IMG/VR virus record: IMGVR_UViG_3300025536_000008
Location: 1 to 35,534 of that record
Length of the DNA: 35,534 bases
Origin: a virus
Reading direction: 5' to 3' (one strand)
The first letter of the stretch is position 1; the number at the start of each line of letters is the position of its first letter. The notes under the pieces were generated by a model. The model was not told the origin of the DNA. It searched no databases and was given only the letters and a program-made list of their open reading frames with translations. This document shows, piece after piece, positions 22,919 to 30,761 of the stretch. The position numbers and the translations under genes were made by a program.

Positions 22919-23178
22919 GGTGCTTGTCTTACCGCAAAAATTCTGTTTGCGGTAAGGAAATAAGCTAGATTAAGCAAGCACTTGTAAATAAATGCGCCAG
23001 CGTTGAGAATTTCGTCTTCTGTTTTTAGTTCTAGCAGGTAAACCCAGGCGTCTTGATTAAAATCATCAGGATCGAGCTTTTTGAACTTATTGGAGATGTG
23101 TCTGGTAATCTTTGTGATTTTCTCGAACAGTTCCGGGCTAGTTTTCCTGTTCATTAGAAAATCAAGAATGGGGTCCAT
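22855..23178 (-). CDS. Hypothetical protein. Weak resemblance to sigma-factor region 2.
   Basis: DPDDFNQDAWVYLLELKTEDEILNAGAFIYKCLLNLAYF. The C-terminal end overlaps the next ORF. Low-confidence function. Confidence 0.4.
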   Translation of the reverse strand: MDPILDFLMNRKTSPELFEKITKITRHISNKFKKLDPDDFNQDAWVYLLELKTEDEILNAGAFIYKCLLNLAYFLTANRIFAVRQAPCLIILPSIAIRAILSSEMNS

Positions 23179-23398
23179 CTTTTTCCTTGAAGTAATCCTT
23201 GATGATTTTCCGAATCAAAGCGGATACTTTGAGGCCGAGTTTATTGGCTTCTTGAGTAAGTCGTTCCTTTTCTTGTTTGCTGGCCGAGATAGACATTGGT
23301 TTAGCCACTTTGCCAAGTTTTCTCTTAGTGGGCGTTTTTCTGAGTTCTGGTGCTTTTCTTGGGAGTCTACCCAAGGCTCGCAGGAAGTCTTCATTCAT
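23162..23398 (-). CDS. Ribbon-helix-helix DNA-binding protein candidate.
   Basis: MSISASKQEKERLTQEANKLGLKVSALIRKIIKDYF fits a beta-alpha-alpha RHH pattern after a basic N-terminal tail. Confidence 0.5.
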   Translation of the reverse strand: MNEDFLRALGRLPRKAPELRKTPTKRKLGKVAKPMSISASKQEKERLTQEANKLGLKVSALIRKIIKDYFKEKDGPHS

Positions 23399-23424
23399 AA
23401 AAAGTCCTTATCGCTCCAGATCGT

Positions 23425-23733
23425 TTATAGAGCGATCTGTAGTCTTCTGCCCGTTGGGCGAGGTTTGGGGTCACGCAGGGCCATTAGAGCCTGTCCTGAG
23501 CGTTCGACGGGGCTTCTGTGGGCTTTTAGCCAGTTATGGACAGCCAGATGATGTGGGTCACAGAGGGGCATGAGGTCTTCGAGGGGTTCGTTGCCGAGGT
23601 TTTTGTAAGTAATGTGATGGAGTTGGTAATGTTCATCGTGGCAAATCAAGCAATGTTGAGGTTTTTTGCTGAGTTGGTATTCAAGACGTTTTAATTGCCA
23701 AGCTGTGGATTGAATATAGCGGTGATAGTTCAC
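23425..23733 (-). CDS. Small HNH endonuclease-domain protein.
   Basis: CLICHDEHYQLHHITYKNLGNEPLEDLMPLCDPHHLAVH (Cys/His HNH core). Confidence 0.65.
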   Translation of the reverse strand: MNYHRYIQSTAWQLKRLEYQLSKKPQHCLICHDEHYQLHHITYKNLGNEPLEDLMPLCDPHHLAVHNWLKAHRSPVERSGQALMALRDPKPRPTGRRLQIAL

Positions 23734-23876
23734 ACGCTAGATAGGCGGGTGGATTAACAATTTAAGAATTCAAATCTAGCAGATTTAGCCTTTAACATGC
23801 TCCTTTTTTCCTTTCCCAATGTTGATGTTGCAATCCAGTATTGCTCTTCCCACTCACCCCCTCTCTAAGACTGTTA

Positions 23877-23985
23877 TGGTAGGGACACCCATAGACACCC
23901 ATTTCTCAGGTCTTTTACTTATATGTACCTAAAGTACATAATATGTTAGAACTCAGGAAATGGGTGTCTATGGGTGTCCCTACCA
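23877..23985. repeat. 29-bp perfect inverted repeat (23877..23905 and 23957..23985). Each arm contains two tandem 10-bp iterons (gacacccat). A nested 7-bp palindrome lies in the 51-nt spacer.
   Basis: tggtagggacacccatagacacccatttc is the exact reverse complement of gaaatgggtgtctatgggtgtccctacca. The spacer contains tatgtacctaaagtacata. Confidence 0.95.
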
Positions 23986-24055
23986 CCATGAAATAAGGAC
24001 TTACGTCATTTTTTTTAATTGCCACCTGGCAACTGGCAGCAAATTAGGAACATCG

Positions 24056-25444
24056 TTATTGTACCAAAGTTGGTGGCAACATGGTCCTCAAGCCTATATT
24101 TTCATAAAGACTGCGTTTTCTGTAGTATTTGATTTTACCTGGGAACACTGTGTTCAAGTCCCGCAACAACCAATCAATTTGACCCCGATCCAGCCCCATC
24201 GTATTATGCAGTCGAGCATATAAATCCTGTCGAGAACAAGACTGTGGCTTATCGTTAAACTCGATCTCGACAGGAAATCTTTGTCCATTATTACAACAGG
24301 AATGGAGAATCAGATGGTCTTGGATAAATTCCCAAAGTCTGGGGTTTCCGCTAGTCTGGAAATTTTTGACGTGTTCCACAGAACTTGTTTCGTCGAATTG
24401 TTGATTTGTTCGCAATCTAACCAAGCCTTCTACCGCCCAATTGATAATCCCCGTCATTTCGGATGCCAATTTTGTGTCAAGCTCTTTATCAGCCTCGGCT
24501 TCAAAACTTTTTTCATGTTGAAGCATCAACGTGCGACTTGGCATTGCGCCTGCTGAATCGGCATAGGCTGGAGGCTCGTTTGCCGCCAACATGAATCTAA
24601 CTGGTAGTTTGGCGGAAGTGCCATCTCTATATTTTTTTTCTATAGATACACAATCTTCTCCCACAATCGAATTCATACATTGGATAATGAGTCGCTTATG
24701 ATTGGCATTTAGTTCGATCTCACCGACTATAGCCACTAGAGCATTCACGAGCTTGGCTGTGCCATAAGGTCGGGCAAGATCATTCAGATCGAAGCCGACA
24801 GCATTTTTGCCCATGAGCTTCTCGAAAACCCGTAGAATTGTGCCTTTGCCTCCTCGTTTAACGCCGACCAACATAAGCAATTTTTGGAATCTGGTGTCAC
24901 GAGTCAAGCAATAGCCCATCCATTCTTGCAGTAGATTCTTTTTACCTATATCTCCTTCATAAACCTCGTCGAGAAATTTTAACCAACAGGGACATGTAGC
25001 TTTCGCATCAAAATCAAAATCTAGGCAATAATCACAACAAAAGTTTGGTGTATGTTCAACTAGATTAAAACCATCTAGATTGAGCAATCCATTGACAAGT
25101 GGGATTAAATTTCTTGGGTCTGGCATATCCTTGGGATTACGCCAATAAGGCATAGTTTGTTTTTTGAAATTCAATTCTCCATTGTAAATTCCAGGCATGG
25201 CATAAATAATTGGAATGGTATTTTTTACTGTATGATTTTTCTGACCCAGCCCTTTTTTTCGTAACCAATGGCGGAAATAATTTTCAAGTTCCTCTTCCAA
25301 CATTAGGCAATACTTGTTACCATCGTAGAAGTAAATTTCACCATCATGGCAAAGAGGATGTTTGTCAGAGATTTCATCAACGAACTCATCAGCTAACTGA
25401 TCGAATAACGTGAGTGCTGTGGGATCAACTTTCTTGCGAGGCAT
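24056..25444 (-). CDS. P4/D5-family primase-helicase (SF3 NTPase).
   Basis: LQEWMGYCLTRDTRFQKLLMLVGVKRGGKGT (Walker A) and LVAIVGE. Overall layout is typical of the phage/plasmid primase P4-family C-terminal domain. It follows the PrimPol gene. Confidence 0.75.
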   Translation of the reverse strand: MPRKKVDPTALTLFDQLADEFVDEISDKHPLCHDGEIYFYDGNKYCLMLEEELENYFRHWLRKKGLGQKNHTVKNTIPIIYAMPGIYNGELNFKKQTMPYWRNPKDMPDPRNLIPLVNGLLNLDGFNLVEHTPNFCCDYCLDFDFDAKATCPCWLKFLDEVYEGDIGKKNLLQEWMGYCLTRDTRFQKLLMLVGVKRGGKGTILRVFEKLMGKNAVGFDLNDLARPYGTAKLVNALVAIVGEIELNANHKRLIIQCMNSIVGEDCVSIEKKYRDGTSAKLPVRFMLAANEPPAYADSAGAMPSRTLMLQHEKSFEAEADKELDTKLASEMTGIINWAVEGLVRLRTNQQFDETSSVEHVKNFQTSGNPRLWEFIQDHLILHSCCNNGQRFPVEIEFNDKPQSCSRQDLYARLHNTMGLDRGQIDWLLRDLNTVFPGKIKYYRKRSLYENIGLRTMLPPTLVQ

Positions 25445-25446
25445 AT

Positions 25447-26397
25447 TTACTTCCTAAAAAATGAGTTAAGTTTTTCTTCGAGTGCGACTGATTTGAGGCG
25501 ATTGACCTCTGCGAACGCCGCAGGATAATCTCCCTCAAAATTCAAGGCTGTCCAAACTGCGAATTTGGAATAACCTTGGGATGGCTCTAGCCCTGGTACT
25601 GAACTAGAGAATAGATAAAAGACTTGATCGAGAGTGCTTGCGGAGACGCCCTTATATTTGCCTGGGCGTCTCCAATGATTGTCGGATAATTCAACCCAGC
25701 CATGCGGTTCAAGAATTGAGTTCCAACTCATACGCATGAAAAAATTGCTAATTGGATCGGAACCAAAGTCAATTTCAGAGGAACCTTTGGGTTCCTTCTT
25801 TTTAACTTGCACCTGATTAAAAGTTTTGGCTAGATCGCAGAGTGCCAGTAAATCGCCAGGATTTTTGTCTTGGAGCGAGAATAAATCTCGTTGTAGCCAT
25901 TTGCGATCAGAAAAAAGCGGTGAGGGACAAAGGCAATACTTATTGAAGCCCAAAAGTTCTATGTTTACCAATTCATTTGCTGGAACATTGGCATTGCGTG
26001 ATAAAACCTCGTGTCGAACAATATGATTTGGAACTCGTAGCCAGATGTGAAAACCCTTGCGAGTTTTTTCTATGCCGCAGCCCTTTAGTCGATCTCCTGC
26101 CTGCTTGCAAAACGGGACAAACGATCTTTCCTGTTGATGATCGAAATCTAGAACATAGACTGGATTAAGATAGCCGCAAAGGATGGCAATTCGAGAATCG
26201 CACATGGCGTTTCGGATATTAGGCCAATGCAATCGAGGCCCAGAATGGTTATATGTCGAAACATTGGGAGTTTTGTCACGAGCATGAATTGGCAGAATCG
26301 CCCATCCCGCCTCCCAAAGTTTCCAAGCAAATTCCCAATTTTGTTTTTCTAGGGACTTGCAATTTGTATCGAGTTGGTCTATACTATCAGTAGACAT
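25447..26397 (-). CDS. Bifunctional primase-polymerase (PrimPol/AEP) domain protein.
   Basis: GWAILPIHARDKTP, VYVLDFDH, KGFHIWLRV and IELLGFNKYCLCPSP match the AEP motifs. Confidence 0.7.
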   Translation of the reverse strand: MSTDSIDQLDTNCKSLEKQNWEFAWKLWEAGWAILPIHARDKTPNVSTYNHSGPRLHWPNIRNAMCDSRIAILCGYLNPVYVLDFDHQQERSFVPFCKQAGDRLKGCGIEKTRKGFHIWLRVPNHIVRHEVLSRNANVPANELVNIELLGFNKYCLCPSPLFSDRKWLQRDLFSLQDKNPGDLLALCDLAKTFNQVQVKKKEPKGSSEIDFGSDPISNFFMRMSWNSILEPHGWVELSDNHWRRPGKYKGVSASTLDQVFYLFSSSVPGLEPSQGYSKFAVWTALNFEGDYPAAFAEVNRLKSVALEEKLNSFFRK

Positions 26398-26477
26398 TAA
26401 ATGATCCTTTCGGGGTTGTTGATGTAGTTTCCTGAAAATCAGTGATACACCCTTTCGCTGATAATCTCCTCAAATAA

Positions 26478-26515
26478 ACACCCGCCTTCTTGTCCAACAA
26501 AGGCGGGTGTTTTTT
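26478..26515. terminator. Hairpin terminator/attenuator between the HTH regulator gene and the PrimPol gene.
   Basis: acacccgcct (26478..26487), a 13-nt loop, aggcgggtgt (26501..26510). A run on one side and T run on the other. Confidence 0.6.
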
Positions 26516-26774
26516 ATTCACGCACGACAAGTCGCAGTGGCGTGCGATGAAACTCAGACCCAGGTTTACGACCATTTTTCCCCGGCGTATATCCGACCTC
26601 AGCCACAACCTTTTTGATTTGTGCCTGCTGCTCAAGACTATAAAATGGCGTTTTCCCAATCCAGAGTTCACCTGCGGGGATAATCCCACAACTGCGGTAG
26701 AAGCCCCACACAGAGGGGCTTATTCCTAGATTTTTAGCAACTTCTCGACCCAAAAGATGTGTTTGCATATTCAT
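26514..26774 (-). CDS. HTH DNA-binding protein (MerR/excisionase-like); probable early regulator.
   Basis: LLGREVAKNLGISPSVWGFYRSCGIIP. It is the first gene of the minus-strand replication arm, next to the divergent control region. Confidence 0.55.
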   Translation of the reverse strand: MNMQTHLLGREVAKNLGISPSVWGFYRSCGIIPAGELWIGKTPFYSLEQQAQIKKVVAEVGYTPGKNGRKPGSEFHRTPLRLVVRE

Positions 26775-26884
26775 ATAAATAGTTACGTTCCTTTTGTTTT
26801 TCTAGGAAAATCGAAAATACACACTAGATAAGAAAGCTCAATCCCATGTGGTTGAGAACTCCTTTCTAGAGTGTAAGTTGCCAG

Positions 26885-26916
26885 AAGCCCAGGCTAACCC
26901 CTGGGCTTCATTTTTT
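26885..26916 (+). terminator. Plus-strand intrinsic terminator inside the divergent control region.
   Basis: aagcccagg ctaacc cctgggctt ca tttttt. It uses the same stem sequence as the terminator at 5090..5116. Confidence 0.6.
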
Positions 26917-26972
26917 GCTAATCAAAATCTAGCAATTTCTAGCAATCAAAACAATAGCATCCATACTCTTTT

Positions 26973-27170
26973 ATGTCTATGAGAGACAAATTGAATTTAT
27001 GGTTCACGAGAATACCAATCATTTCAGCCAGTACAACCAGCCGAGGCAAATTGAAATTCTTGGGAAACATGTTGGAGCAAATGATTGAAACTCAACGACC
27101 TCCGAGTGTTGCCCAAGAGAAACTTTTGTTGCAATGGTGGAAGCACGCTGAAAGAAAAAGAATCAAGTGA
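26973..27170 (+). CDS. Small hypothetical protein (65 aa).
   Basis: First ORF of the plus-strand block. No obvious RBS. Confidence 0.4.
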   Translation: MSMRDKLNLWFTRIPIISASTTSRGKLKFLGNMLEQMIETQRPPSVAQEKLLLQWWKHAERKRIK

Positions 27171-27198
27171 TCGAAGAAGCTAGAAAAGGTTTACTCGA

Positions 27199-29217
27199 AT
27201 GAATGAATTACAAATTGGCAAGGCTGGAGAATATCTTGTCTGTGCTGACTTAATTATGCAAGGGTATGTTGCATTCCCATCGGAACAAGGATTGCCATTT
27301 GATGTAGTCGTCGATGTGAATGGGAAGTTAATTAAGGTACAGGTGAAGACAACGCTGGAATATAAGCCCTTTAATGGCTGCATAGGTTATGTTTACCATG
27401 TCAAACAATGCGGTAAACATGGAAGGCAAACTTATAGAACCCAAGATGTTGATATTTTTGCGCTTGTAGCTCTTGATAAACGGCTCATTGGTTATGCTCT
27501 ACCTTCACAGATGAAGACAACCATGTTTTTTCGCATACCTGATTTTGTTTATCCGGCAGATAAGGCTCGGACTCAGCGTGTTGAGAGAGATACTAGAATA
27601 AATGAATTAGTGAAATCGGGGATGCCTAAAAGAGATATAGACAGATTGCTTGGTCTTAGATTAGGAACAACATCAAACATTTTGGCGAAGCCCATAAACA
27701 ATCACAAAAGAAACATGTTTGGAAAACGACAACTGGTAGTAAGAAAAGCTCCCGCCACCGATCCTCAATATGAACAGCGGCCCACGAGGACAATTCGTCT
27801 ACGGCCTCGCTGCTTAGCCCAAGCCCCTGAACAGATGCTCAAGATAAATCATGGAGCAGGCGGCATAGGTGACGCCCTGTTGGGCCTCACGATTACTCGT
27901 GGCCTGCAAGCCCAAGGTTATCAAATTGCTTATGCAGTTTCTCCTCTGGCCCAACCCTTTGTAGCCCTTTTTGAGGGTTGCGATTTCTTGGCGGAACACA
28001 AGCATGACGCCAATCAAATTGAATATCCTGATGAGAACTTACAAATCAATGTCGGTTACACTATCGAATGCAAGGAAAAATGTGGCAATGGGTTGATTCC
28101 AAGATGGAAGAGATACGCAGATAATCTGGAATACTCTGGAGAACCTATAATCCCAGAGTTAAGGGATCGGAGGGGGATTGAAGAGTTAGGGCTGTCTTTC
28201 AAAGACAAGGTAATTCTTGCCCCATTTTCCACCTGGGAAGCACGGGCTTGGCGTATCGAGAGTTGGCTGACGTTGAATCATTTGCTTCAATCAAAAGGAT
28301 ATGAAACTGTCGTCATCAGCCAGAAGCATAAAAAGCTAGAGTTATTCAAAAATACAGAGATTGTGGAAGAGGCCACTGCCGCCAAGGTGGCGGGAGTTCT
28401 GCTTAACGCCGCAGCCTGTGTGGCCTGTGACTCGGGGATGAGCCACCTCGCAGGATTGCTTGGTACATCCTGCATCACCTTATGCGGACAAACCACTGGA
28501 AAAGATATTTTTGGTTTGTATCCCAGCGTGAAAAGCATCCAAGGTTCTTTGTTGTGTAATGGATGCTGGTGGAACGAGCCGCCGTATGACCATCATGCCT
28601 GTGGTCATTGCTGTGCGAATTTGCAATCAATTACACCAAGTCAAGTTTTGCACGAGATAGATCAGATTTGTTTGCCAAAATTTGCCAAGGACGAGGCGGT
28701 AATTTGTCGAGGAAAATTGGCGGTGGTTCGGGATTGTTTAATGGAAGTGAAACATCTGGAGGGGGATGTTGGGGAGTTTGGTGTCTATCGTGGGGGCGTG
28801 GCGGCGTTCATCCAGCATTACTTGCCAAACGATCAGCTTCATCTCTATGACACGTTCTGCGGTATGCCTTTTGGCGATAAACATCCTGGGGGTCGTCACC
28901 GAGCGGGAGATTTCGCAGGATGTAGCATGGAACAAGTGAAAAGTTTAGTCCCCAAGGCAAAATTATATCCAGGTGTCTTTCCCAATTATGCGTTGCCGGA
29001 TGTGAAATATAAGTTCACCCATCAGGATTTTGATCTTCAACAAAGTGCAGAAGCGGCTTTTGTCTATAGCAAACCGAGACAAGTTCCTGGTTCATTGATG
29101 TTGATCGACGATTTTGGATGGGAAAATTGTCCTGGCATAAAGGTAGCTGTGGCGAAATGTTTCCCAGGCTCCTCGATTGAGCGACCCTCGGAATATCAGG
29201 CACTTATCAGGTTTTAA
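27199..29217 (+). CDS. Multi-domain fusion: PD-(D/E)XK nuclease-like domain + HTH, GT9 glycosyltransferase, and TylF-like SAM O-methyltransferase.
   Basis: aa 1-100: GKAGEYLVCADLIMQGYVAF...PFDVVVDVNGKLIKVQVKTT...DVDIFALV. HTH: INELVKSGMPKRDIDRLLGLRLGTTSNIL. GT9: an internal MLKINHGAGGIGDALLG (ATG 27835) and ACDSGMSHLAGLLGTSCITLCG, then the Cys cluster CNGCWWNEPPYDHHACGHCC. Methyltransferase: GDVGEFGVYRGG...LYDTFCGMP...DFDLQQS...GSLMLIDDFG. Confidence 0.75.
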   Translation: MNELQIGKAGEYLVCADLIMQGYVAFPSEQGLPFDVVVDVNGKLIKVQVKTTLEYKPFNGCIGYVYHVKQCGKHGRQTYRTQDVDIFALVALDKRLIGYALPSQMKTTMFFRIPDFVYPADKARTQRVERDTRINELVKSGMPKRDIDRLLGLRLGTTSNILAKPINNHKRNMFGKRQLVVRKAPATDPQYEQRPTRTIRLRPRCLAQAPEQMLKINHGAGGIGDALLGLTITRGLQAQGYQIAYAVSPLAQPFVALFEGCDFLAEHKHDANQIEYPDENLQINVGYTIECKEKCGNGLIPRWKRYADNLEYSGEPIIPELRDRRGIEELGLSFKDKVILAPFSTWEARAWRIESWLTLNHLLQSKGYETVVISQKHKKLELFKNTEIVEEATAAKVAGVLLNAAACVACDSGMSHLAGLLGTSCITLCGQTTGKDIFGLYPSVKSIQGSLLCNGCWWNEPPYDHHACGHCCANLQSITPSQVLHEIDQICLPKFAKDEAVICRGKLAVVRDCLMEVKHLEGDVGEFGVYRGGVAAFIQHYLPNDQLHLYDTFCGMPFGDKHPGGRHRAGDFAGCSMEQVKSLVPKAKLYPGVFPNYALPDVKYKFTHQDFDLQQSAEAAFVYSKPRQVPGSLMLIDDFGWENCPGIKVAVAKCFPGSSIERPSEYQALIRF

Positions 29218-29270
29218 TCATTATCATCTTAGTGATGATTAAAATTGCAAAGTATTGTTGCAAACTCTGG

Positions 29271-29298
29271 TTGACAATCCACTTTTTCGGCGTATAGT
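29271..29298 (+). promoter_or_regulatory. Near-consensus sigma70-type promoter.
   Basis: TTGACA (29271..29276), 16-nt spacer, TATAGT (29293..29298), upstream of the 29320/29365 ORF. Confidence 0.5.
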
Positions 29299-29319
29299 GA
29301 TTGTAGAAAGGACTCCGAC

Positions 29320-29610
29320 GTGGAATCTTGGCAACATCAACTAGAGAAGCAAAAGGAACCGCCGATGACCTTGGCTGAATTTGAAAGGCGTCTTGAGGAT
29401 CGAGGTTGGCACTGCAAGATTAGCAGTCGTCTGATAAAATCGCCCTCCCGGATTGATTTTGAGCATGGAACCGTTACCTTGAGTTATGCCTATCTCAATG
29501 CGTTTGACGAGGGCAATCTGGAGGAATCTCCCCATACTGCCAAGGAAATGTTCGAGCAAATTCTTTTTGACATCATGCCTGCCAAAACGACCCTCACTAT
29601 TGTTGGGTAA
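29320..29610 (+). CDS. Hypothetical protein (start at GTG 29320 or ATG 29365).
   Basis: ORF downstream of the promoter. No motif. Confidence 0.5.
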   Translation: MESWQHQLEKQKEPPMTLAEFERRLEDRGWHCKISSRLIKSPSRIDFEHGTVTLSYAYLNAFDEGNLEESPHTAKEMFEQILFDIMPAKTTLTIVG

Positions 29611-29812
29611 TCACATCCGTCTCTACAAGACCAAATCTGAATTGCTTTGGGAACTGCTCAAGAAGCAATCCAAAGTCCCTTCCCGCCCTGAACTGCGAAG
29701 GCTTTTTGAGGCAGCTTATCAGCAAAACATAAGTGACGCCCTGATGTCTCGTGTCGTAAATCTGTGGGAGAAGTGCATATCTCAACCGACTATTTCTACA
29801 AAGGAGATGTGA
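29603..29812 (+). CDS. Hypothetical small helical protein (TTG start inferred).
   Basis: The open frame continues from the overlapping ORF 29486..29812. TTG at 29600/29603 overlaps the upstream stop. Sequence SELLWELLKKQSKVPSRPELRRLFEAAYQQNISDALMSRVVNLWEK. Confidence 0.35.
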   Translation: MGNHIRLYKTKSELLWELLKKQSKVPSRPELRRLFEAAYQQNISDALMSRVVNLWEKCISQPTISTKEM

Positions 29813-29813
29813 A

Positions 29814-30041
29814 ATGAAAATGACATTTGATGATGCTTATGAACTGTATTTTGGCAGCCACCTTGACCCCTATCATAAGCTACATCCTCTTGAGGCTCTT
29901 TGTTTCCAGGCCAATGGCCGCTGGTATCTTGAGGGGTCTGCTGGGTATCTTGCTACCGTGCTGAACACTGGCGAGGTTATATACGACGAGGATGATTATT
30001 TAGGAGCGCAAGAAATCAACAGCCAAGAAGCCATGCCCTGA
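29814..30041 (+). CDS. Hypothetical protein (75 aa).
   Basis: AAGGAGA lies upstream of the ATG. No motif. Confidence 0.55.
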   Translation: MKMTFDDAYELYFGSHLDPYHKLHPLEALCFQANGRWYLEGSAGYLATVLNTGEVIYDEDDYLGAQEINSQEAMP

Positions 30042-30100
30042 GTCGTAAATCTGTGGGAACAACATGTGGAAAATCCGCCCTCGACTAAAACTGGTGAGAA

Positions 30101-30394
30101 ATGAAGACCTTCCTCTGGACAATTTTGATTTTGTTTTGTTCGACTGCAAATGCGCAGGTGAGTTCAAGTTACAGGGCGTCTCATACGCCTTTCGGCTCCA
30201 GTTCGAGCAGAACTCAAACGCAAATCATTCGAGGAAAAAACGGTTTAATCGAAGGCACCGCCACCACTCATAGTCATTCCAGCACCACCATCTACCGCAA
30301 TCAATTTGGTCGCATTACTGGCACGGCCAACAGGGGCAAAACAACTACTGTGTTTCGAGATTCTCACGGGAAAATTATAGGGAGTGTGAAGTGA
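30101..30394 (+). CDS. Secreted small protein with three internal repeats.
   Basis: Signal peptide MKTFLWTILILFCSTANAQ. Repeats IRGKNGLIEGTATT, YRNQFGRITGTANR and FRDSHGKIIGSV. The ATG overlaps an upstream in-frame TGA (ATGA). Confidence 0.6.
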   Translation: MKTFLWTILILFCSTANAQVSSSYRASHTPFGSSSSRTQTQIIRGKNGLIEGTATTHSHSSTTIYRNQFGRITGTANRGKTTTVFRDSHGKIIGSVK

Positions 30395-30759
30395 CGAAGA
30401 AATCAGATCAAAAACTAATCATATTTGCCGTAGCGGGGGTGATTTGCTTTGCCACCCTTCTCGGCTGCATGGGGATTAGTTTTGAAATTTTTTCAATCCT
30501 GCACCGCAAAATCGCCTTGGAACAAACAAAAGCCGAGATTCGAGACGTTTTCAATCCCTCCCTTGCCGAAAAGAAGGCGGCACTCAAAAAACAGTATAAG
30601 GAGACAATGACTAGAGATTATGCCAAATACAAAAGAGAAGACCCTGTAAAGTTTGCCAAGCTAGAAAAGGATTTCAAAAAGGCTGACGCCGAGTGGTACA
30701 AAAAGCTCGATGCCATCAAGACAGACCAACAGTTTGAGACTTTCACACAAGGAAACTAA
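30391..30759 (+). CDS. Single-pass membrane protein with a Lys-rich coiled-coil tail.
   Basis: TM segment LIIFAVAGVICFATLLGCMGISFEIF. The start overlaps the upstream stop. Confidence 0.55.
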   Translation: MTKKSDQKLIIFAVAGVICFATLLGCMGISFEIFSILHRKIALEQTKAEIRDVFNPSLAEKKAALKKQYKETMTRDYAKYKREDPVKFAKLEKDFKKADAEWYKKLDAIKTDQQFETFTQGN

Positions 30760-30761
30760 CC

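Noticed and set aside
23081-23573. Plus-strand ORFs 23081..23551 and 23277..23573.
   Set aside because: They are antisense to the RHH and HNH genes, which have clear motifs.
23960-24223. 87-aa plus-strand ORF starting in the inverted-repeat region.
   Set aside because: It begins inside the right arm of the 29-bp inverted repeat and runs antisense into the helicase gene. No motif.
26387-26689. Minus-strand 100-aa ORF overlapping the HTH gene.
   Set aside because: It is out of frame with the HTH-motif ORF 26514..26774, and it would read straight through the 26478..26515 terminator hairpin. The sequence is basic and low-complexity.
30064-30273. 69-aa plus-strand ORF overlapping the signal-peptide ORF.
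   Set aside because: The alternative frame (30101..30394) has a clean signal peptide, internal repeats and an ATGA coupling to the upstream frame. This one has none of these.
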